Source: Octopus vulgaris
Taxonomy: Eukaryota
Reading direction: 5' to 3'
Length of the DNA stretch: 64,000 bases
Assembly (NCBI GenBank): GCA_951406725.2
Contig: OX597838.1
Coordinates: 18,166,001-18,230,000 of the forward strand
The notes beneath the pieces were generated by a model that worked only from the letters and a program-made list of their open reading frames with translations, was not told the origin of the DNA and made no database searches. Numbering within the stretch: position 1 is the stretch's first letter; the number at the start of each line of letters is the position of its first letter. Below are positions 55,300-64,000 of this stretch, one piece after another. Position numbers and translations under genes: made by a program.

Positions 55300-55440
55300 G
55301 GAGTAAACACATAAATGTGAAACAAGGTGGAAAAAAGAGTACTCAAATACAAGTGGTAGAGTAATATGCTTTATTTAAAGCAGCAGAAAATTCAACAGAA
55401 CCTGATACTCTGAGTTTCACGTTCCCGTTCGTCGGACAGT
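55298..55440 (-). mobile_element. Family H Penelope-like element with hammerhead-like fold at 55402-55439
   Basis: Reverse complement of 19507-19648; between (TA)n tracts. Confidence 0.62.
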
Positions 55441-55469
55441 GTGTATATATATATATATATATATAAGTA

Positions 55470-55693
55470 CGTGTGTATATGTTTGTGTGTCTGTGTTTGT
55501 CCCTCCAACATCGCTTCCCAACCGATGCTGGTGTGTTTACATCTCCGTAACTTAGCGGTTCGGCAAAAGAGAGACCGATAGAATAAGTATTAGGCTTACA
55601 GAGAATAAGTCCTGGGGTCGATTTGCTCGAATAAAGGCGGTGCTCCAGCATGACTGCAGTCAAATGACTGAAACAAGTAAAAGAGTAAAAGAG
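55470..55693 (+). mobile_element. SINE family A, 3' half
   Basis: Tail match. Confidence 0.85.
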
Positions 55694-56245
55694 TTATACA
55701 TCAGAACATATACGCATACTCTTATATATATAAAAATATGTATAGCCAAAATGTGTAAAATAAAAGAGGAAAGTAGAATATTAAAATTAGAGCAACACTT
55801 TATTCTTCAATTTCAAAACTTGGTAAACATTTCAAGATGGTTATTCTTGATCTGTGTAAAAGAAAAAAAAAACGACAGAGTGAAAAAAAGAAATGATAAA
55901 AATAATAAAAAATACGAGAGACAGAGAAAGAGAGAGAGAGAAAGAGCGAGAGAAAGAGAGAGATGGAACAGAAAGTAGATGGAAAGAAAAACGGTGGGAT
56001 GGGCGTTACTAGATACAAAAAAAGAGAGAAAATTTCAATAAATTCTTTTTGTCCGACCTACTTCATCGTTTGGTTTACCAGGGATTAAAAAAAATGTCCA
56101 TAAACGGTAAGTAGGAATCATAATGCAATGGTATATGCACATATGTATGCCTGTACATATGTATATATATATATATATACACACACACAAAACACAGATA
56201 CATACACACATTCATATGCATATATATATATATATGCATATATAT

Positions 56246-56379
<134 letters not shown>

Positions 56380-56446
56380 ACATATATATAGATATACATT
56401 CATATCTAGAGATGTATAAATATCTATCTATCTCTGTCTCTCTTTC

Positions 56447-56522
<76 letters not shown>

Positions 56523-56624
56523 TACATATATATATGTATAAATATTAATTTATAAATGTTTTAATATTTTTTAAATATATGTATATATGTATATGTGAAT
56601 ATATATATATGTATATATATGTCT

Positions 56625-56685
<61 letters not shown>

Positions 56686-57100
56686 TATTCTACACAACAG
56701 AAAACATAAATATGTTGAAGTAAATATAGTTTTATGTAACAGAAAGAACAGCGTGAAAGAGACGTTGCTACAGAATTGCTACGCGCATGCGCAGACGCCC
56801 CACACATGCTCACGCACACACACATACACACATGCACACACATACACAGACACATACATACACACACTTATACATTGATGTATTCAAGCGTCTGAATATG
56901 TCTGCCGTTACGCAATACACATCTCGTATAATCTTAAAATGAGTTATTTTGATTGTTAGTGCTCAATATAGAATTAAAATTATATTAGAGCGACGAGATA
57001 AAAGGTTCTCTGATGGATGCAATGTCGAATATATAATACAAAGGAAATATTTATCTATTAACTCGACACACTGAGACATACCCATTGTGAGACAGATAAA

Positions 57101-57184
<84 letters not shown>

Positions 57185-57207
57185 GATAGAGAGATAGATA
57201 GATATAT

Positions 57208-57278
<71 letters not shown>

Positions 57279-57695
57279 TAGATATAGATATATAGATAGA
57301 TAGATTTTATGGTAGGTAGGTGCGTAGATAGGTAGATAGGTAGGCATATATATAAATATAAATATATATATATATACATACAAAGAGAGAGAGGAGGAGA
57401 AGAGGGCGGGTAGGGTAGAGAGGGAGAGAGTGAAAGCGTTAGACAGACAAATTGGTAAACCGATCGACTGATCGATGGATTGACAGATAGACGACCGATC
57501 GATCGCTGGACAGATAGGTAGATAGAATGACAGAGAGAAAGGGAGGGTGAGAGAGAGAGATAGAGAGAGAGTGAGAGAGAGGGGAGATAAACAGACCGAT
57601 TGATTGCTAGAGATATTGGCTAATAGACAGATAGATCGATTGATGGTAGAAAAGTTGATAGATTGATAGACATGTTGATAAACAGATGATAGATT

Positions 57696-57744
<49 letters not shown>

Positions 57745-57984
57745 TGTGAGTGAATGAGAGAGAGAATGATAGGGTGAGAGTGTGTGATAGTGATAGATGC
57801 GGATGTGATAGTCATGGCATATAAATAAAATACCGGAGGAATCCAGAAAATATTTCCACGTGGAAATTGCTTGTCAAAACGTTGCCATTTTGTGTTAAAT
57901 ATTTCTGTTCCAGAAATAGTTATTCAGAAGAAATTGAACGAAGAATGATAACACTGAAGCTTCATAATCACACACACACACAAG

Positions 57985-58700
57985 GTAAAACCAGCCTTGG
58001 CAAACATAATTCTGGACGGAGGGCCTAAGTCTCAGAGAAGGATCACAGATTAGTGAAATATATTGTCTAGGAAAAAAAAACCCATCGATCTACATCAGCA
58101 AAAGTAACGGCAAAGTTAACCCATCACTGTGTCAATCAAAACAGTTCATCGTGACCACTATAAAACTGACTGCGATAGAAGGGGCGCAATTGCTAAATCA
58201 CTCCCCTATCTCCTTCAATATTGATAATCTGCAATAATGGTGTCAAAACTATGAATAGTAGTCAATAGCTCAACGGAACATTATTATCTTCTTTAACGTG
58301 TCAGCGCTCACGCGTTCTCCCACCACAGGGCGAGTTCATGCCTGGAGGCAGCCCAAAGAACTATTCTTTCCTGACAGTTTGGCCCGTGCCATGAAGCATA
58401 GAATTGGCTCTCTGAGGATTTGGCAGCAATATCACGGAATTCTCTTGGTCTTTTAGTTTGTTCTACATGTTAATGTCATGGATTATCTGTCATGGATTAT
58501 CTGAGTATTTTGGTTAATCATGTCCATCCTACGGTACAAATATTGTTCTCTGATGGTAGCACAATCTTTCTGGGCGATATCGCCCCGCTTCACACGGTTA
58601 ATGTTGGTACAAAGAGCGCAAAAGTGAAGTGGAGCACTGGGGTTGGCTCTCGCAATCTCCGCATTTGAATTTATTGAATTCAAATGTTGGCCCATGGCCG
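57985..58700 (+). pseudogene. Decayed Tc1-like transposase
   Basis: RVHAWRQPKE, MKHRIGSLRIW (cf. VKHGGGSVMVW) and WLSQSPHLNL (cf. WPSQSPDLNP). Confidence 0.6.
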
Positions 58701-58717
58701 GCAATTTCGATCGATCG

Positions 58718-58755
<38 letters not shown>

Positions 58756-58940
58756 CGATTACATCGACCCCCAGTGATCAACTGGCATTTATTTTATCGA
58801 CCCCGGAAGGATGAACGGCAAAGCCGACCTCGGCACTAAAAGAGAGTGATTCTCCCCAGGCAAAACAAAATATGCTTCAACACACGAATTCACATATAGA
58901 ATCTTGCAAACCACATACAAAAATGAAATATATTATAAAT

Positions 58941-59001
<61 letters not shown>

Positions 59002-59004
<3 letters not shown>

Positions 59005-59204
59005 CCGCGTGTGTACCGTTGGCGATTTTTTTTTCCTCCGTCTTCCCTTCTCTGGATCTTACCTTTTCCTACGTTTCTGACGAAGAGCTCCGATCGAAAC
59101 GTAAAACCCTCCTTCTTCACTTCCTTCCTGAGCGTCCAATAATACTATATTTGTTCCACGTCCTCGCATTGTTGTGTTTTCTCTTGGTGTTTTCATGTTT
59201 GGAT

Positions 59205-59208
<4 letters not shown>
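59002..59208 (+). mobile_element. Family F Penelope-like element
   Basis: Colinear with 35504-35708; between (TA)n tracts. Confidence 0.65.
59073..59107 (+). ncRNA. Minimal hammerhead-ribozyme-like motif with palindromic ACGU in place of helix III
   Basis: Stem I gttt/aaac; CUGACGA-A; stem II gagc-tcc-gatc (gctc in the 35.5-kb copy); GAA-ACGU-A. Confidence 0.6.
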
Positions 59209-59252
<44 letters not shown>

Positions 59253-60315
59253 CAAATATATATATATATATATATATGTACAAATACATGTATATATACT
59301 TATACATATACATACGCACACATATTTATGTGAAAGTAGGTGAAGAACTCTTGAATAGGTATTCTGTTTCGCTGATCTGCGTGTATCGAAGACAGTCGGA
59401 CTAAATCTGGTTATCAAATGGTTAAACAAATGCATGGAGGAGAAACTTTTATCATATAAGAAGAGACTTATTCATAGGTATATATATATATCACGAAATA
59501 CAGGGGCTAACAACATTGTCAGGAATAATAAAGTTTCCTGGAATATGATGGATATATCGTATTTCACCAAAAGAAGATACATTTTCCACTATCAAATATG
59601 AGATTAACGAGAGAGATGATGATGCCGTTGAGCCTCAACGTTTTGATAGAAAATGTTGATTTTATAGAAAGTATCTCCCACGTTACCGATAGCTACGCTA
59701 AATTAGCGCTATCAGCCCACGAGATATGATATTATTGCCGAAACTATTTACAGTGCTATCCTCATAACAAAGGCACGTAGGAACCAAGATGTATGTATTC
59801 CTATGTATCCACAGGTGTCCACATGCATTCAGAACGTATCCATATGTTTAGAAAAGTAGGAATACTGCCTCATCATCCCGCCCACCAATAGAGGAAAGAA
59901 AAAGCAACCCAATGCAAATATGATTGATCTGTTGATCTGATATTGTTCAATAAGGCATGGAACGGCATTTATATACACTGTTGTAGACATCAATGCGGAG
60001 GGTTTCCTTTTTAGGAAAGAATAAATCAAAATGGCTCTCATCGTCGAAATCCAATTGTTTGGGATAAAGAGATTTGCGAATCAAACCAAGGTTTCAGCTT
60101 TTGAGATTCCTGAAATGACACCCACAAAGGAATCACAATCACACACTTTTATGATCATATGCATATACACACACACGAGCACACACACGAGCACACACAC
60201 ACACACACATCATTGTTCTTCATCTTCTGGCTTCCAGCTTAACTTCTCTCTCTTGCTCCAAAGCCAACAAGAGGCTCTTTCAGCTGCGACTCTCACGCAC
60301 GCACGCACACACACG

Positions 60316-60386
<71 letters not shown>

Positions 60387-60524
60387 CTTCTTATAAACAC
60401 ATATTCACTCGCGTATTCCCAAATCCATGAAATTCTCTTGACTAGAAAAGCATTCATTGCGAGGAACAACTTCGAACTCTGTGTATGTGAGCGCATGCGT
60501 GTGTTTTATAGAACAAGAATATTA

Positions 60525-60700
60525 TTTTCTACTCTAGGCACAAGGCCCGAAATTTTTGGGGAGGGTGCCAGTCGATTTATCGACCCTGAAATGATGAAAG
60601 GCAAAGTCGACTTCGGCGGAATTTGAACTCCGAATGTAAAGACAGACGAAATACTGCTAAGCATTTCACCCGGCGTGCTAACGTTTCTGCTAGCTCCCGT
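60525..60700 (-). mobile_element. SINE family B, alternative tail, internal deletion
   Basis: Head ...cggcgtgctaacgtttctgc.agctc plus body motif. Confidence 0.82.
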
Positions 60701-60969
60701 CTTATAGAATAAGAATATTGACAGGCAAACGACCTCTGTAGGCAGAAATTTGAACTAAGTACTAATTGTATGTAACGATTATCTTACTTGCAATTTATGT
60801 ATGTGTGTATGGATATATTTATATGTGTGTATGAATGCATGATGTGTGTATGTACGCATGTATGCTCGTAAGTATGTATGTAGGTACGTATCTATGTGTG
60901 TGTATGTATGCATGTATGCGTGTCTGTATGAATAAGTATGTACTTATACATGCAACAGCTCCGTTAGTT

Positions 60970-61402
60970 GGGTAACTCGCTTCAGTCATGAATGACCATG
61001 GGATTGCACCTAGGATGTTACCCTCTTAGGCACAAGTCCGGGCAAGGTTGTTTATGGAAGACCAGTAGTTGCCCATGAATACCAACCTCCCTGTCCAACG
61101 CCACCAATGTTATCCAAGGGAAAGGCAAAGGGGCCGATACAGATTGGCACCTGTGACGTCGCAACTCATTTCTACAGCTGAGTGAACTGGAGCAACGTGA
61201 AATAAAGTGTCTTACTCAAGAGCACAACACGCAGCCCGGTCCGGGAATCGAACTCACAACCTCACGATCGTAAGCTCGACGCTCTAACCACTGATCCATG
61301 CGTTAGTTACGTACACAACGCGCAGCTCGGTCCGAGAATCGAACTCACAACCTCACGATGGTAAGCTCGACGCTCTAACCACTGAGCCAAGCGTTAGTTA
61401 CG
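60970..61402 (-). mobile_element. SINE (head + Y + T3) with a tandem duplication of its ~90-bp tRNA-like head
   Basis: Head block cacaac.cgcagc.cggtccg.gaatcgaactcacaacctcacgat.gtaagctcgacgctctaaccactga occurs at 61223 and 61314; cgttagtt at 60962, 61301 and ~61392 is a probable TSD. Confidence 0.85.
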
Positions 61403-61709
61403 GACTGATAAAATGCACACCAACACATCGAGATATAAAAAAACCTGAAGACTAAAGCAATAAAAATACCTCTGATTCGTATGAAAGCATCGAGCATCTT
61501 TTTTTTTCCTATGACGGCAATTTGTTTCCCAACATTATTTCCTTAGATTTGTCGTAATTTCCAATTTTTCAATTTTATTGAGCAATTTCAATGAAAAATA
61601 CCTCATTTTAGATTAATCAATATATGGACAGCAGAACACACGTGTATATATCAATTGTAGACACATCCACCGACACACACGCACACATACACGCACACAC
61701 ATACAAGCA

Positions 61710-61748
<39 letters not shown>

Positions 61749-62042
61749 AATATGTAAGTATACATGTAATATAATACATGTATATGTATAATATGCATAT
61801 ATCTATTATATAAATGTGTATGATATATATGTATATGTAATTCATATATGTATATATGTATTATATATACATATATATTTATATGCAATACATATGTATA
61901 ATATATAATCTATAACATATATATGTAAATATGCAGATTAAAATGTGATATATATATATATATATATATAGTATATAACATATATATATATATGTATACA
62001 TATATATGTATTTATAAATATATATATATATATACGTATGTA

Positions 62043-62108
<66 letters not shown>

Positions 62109-62294
62109 TGATAGGATAGGATGTGGTACATGTGCATGGAAAGAGGAACAGAAATTGAAGACTTGCATGTTTATAAAAATGTCTTTATTAGTTTTTTTTT
62201 TTATAATTTAGCTGTGTAGACGTTCGGAATTTCTCAAAATTAAATTTATCAAAACGTTTAAATTATTGAATGGGTAAATATTTTCCTTATAATT

Positions 62295-62317
62295 TATACA
62301 TATATATATATACATAC

Positions 62318-62394
<77 letters not shown>

Positions 62395-62395
62395 A

Positions 62396-62491
<96 letters not shown>

Positions 62492-62501
62492 ATTATTATT
62501 A

Positions 62502-62575
<74 letters not shown>

Positions 62576-62585
62576 ATTATTATTA

Positions 62586-62656
<71 letters not shown>
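62295..62656. repeat. (TA)n followed by long (ATT)n
   Basis: Direct reading; (AAT)n also at 62968-63183 and 63411-63553. Confidence 0.97.
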
Positions 62657-63052
62657 GTTTCATTCACTAATTTCATATATTCAGTCCGTTGTAGACCATT
62701 CTCGATCAGTTATCCATCAGACGATCGATCCTAATGAGTTCATTAAAAGACATAAAATAGATAAATGAATAAACGGCAGACGATATCCTGTGGCGTTCAT
62801 AGTTTGCCGATTTTTTAATATTGCTTTTTGTTATCTTTTGTTGTTATTTTTTTTTTGACCGGTTCAGATGAGCAGAAAGACGTCGGTCTATGAAAACTGA
62901 ACTCTATACAAGTTCGTCTATGAGCAGTGGTTTACTTGTTTCTCAACTGTACATTTTCAACATTTACTATAATAATAATAATAATAATGATAATAATAAT
63001 AATAATAATAATAATAGTTATAATAATAGTAATAATAATAATAATAATAGTA

Positions 63053-63112
<60 letters not shown>

Positions 63113-63115
63113 GTA

Positions 63116-63146
<31 letters not shown>

Positions 63147-63189
63147 TGATAATAATAATAATGATAATAATAATAATAATAATCCTTTC

Positions 63190-63403
63190 TTTTTCTACTC
63201 TAGGCTCAATGCCCGAGGTTTCTGGGGAGAGGGCCCAGTCGATTAGATCGACCCCATTGCGAAACTGGTACTTAATTTATCGACCCCCGAAAGGATGAAA
63301 GGCAAAGTCGACCTCGGCGGAATTTGAACTCTGAATGCGAGGGCGGACGAGATGCCGCTAAGCATTTCGTCCAGCGTGCTAACGATTCTGCCAGGTCGCC
63401 GCC
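63190..63403 (-). mobile_element. SINE family B, full length, alternative tail, inserted in (AAT)n
   Basis: Complete motif chain from tail to ...ctgccaggtcgccgcc. Confidence 0.88.
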
Positions 63404-63441
63404 TTTATATTGATGATAATAATAATAATAATAATAGTAAT

Positions 63442-63506
<65 letters not shown>

Positions 63507-64000
63507 TTATGATGATGATGACGATGATGATAATAATAATAATAGCGATAATAAATTACAAAATTACAATTAGTACGTAGATAAAGAAAAGTGGATGAGC
63601 AGGCTGAGTGTGATAAAGTGTGAGATTATTAATATAAAACAATAGAATAATAAAATCCGAATAATTGAAGAAATCGAGCAAAAAAAAACATTGGTTTCTT
63701 GATTCAATCTATGAAAGACACATGCTTTTAAGCAATCCATGCCTAAAAAGTTGGTGTCAGACGACGCGGTTTCGTATCTGACTGGCTTCACTATAGCTTT
63801 AAATAAACTCCTTGATTATAAAATGGACATTTCTTCTTTAGTCATTTGAAGAAGAAAAAAATTTATTTATTGAAAATATCAAACGTGTATGCATATATAT
63901 GTTTATGTACATGTATGTGTGTGTGTACATATATATATATATTTATATGTGAATATATGTGGATATTCTTTCTTTCTTCCTTCCTTCCTTCCTTCCCTTC

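Overview
AT-rich, intron/intergenic-type eukaryotic DNA, dense with microsatellites, tRNA-derived SINEs and decayed transposons. The repeat landscape suggests an octopus (coleoid cephalopod) genome; this is an inference from repeat content. The only host coding sequence I can support is the last exon of a RERG-type Ras-family GTPase (8081-8488, +). The remaining ~55 kb has no recognisable host exon, and nearly all ORFs in the supplied track are microsatellite or SINE artefacts. Main findings: (1) at least eight minimal type-I hammerhead-ribozyme-like folds in four families of short Penelope-like elements lying in (TA)n tracts, several with non-canonical cores (CCGACGA, CUGUNGA) and covarying stems; (2) a combinatorial set of SINEs that swap middle and tail modules; (3) mariner-derived fold-back elements built from two 5' ends or two 3' ends, one carrying a nested inverted SINE pair; (4) a 5x184-bp SINE tandem array and a 16-bp satellite with a 287-bp higher-order repeat. 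Coordinates were read by eye; repeat boundaries are approximate to a few bases unless a TSD or TIR is quoted.
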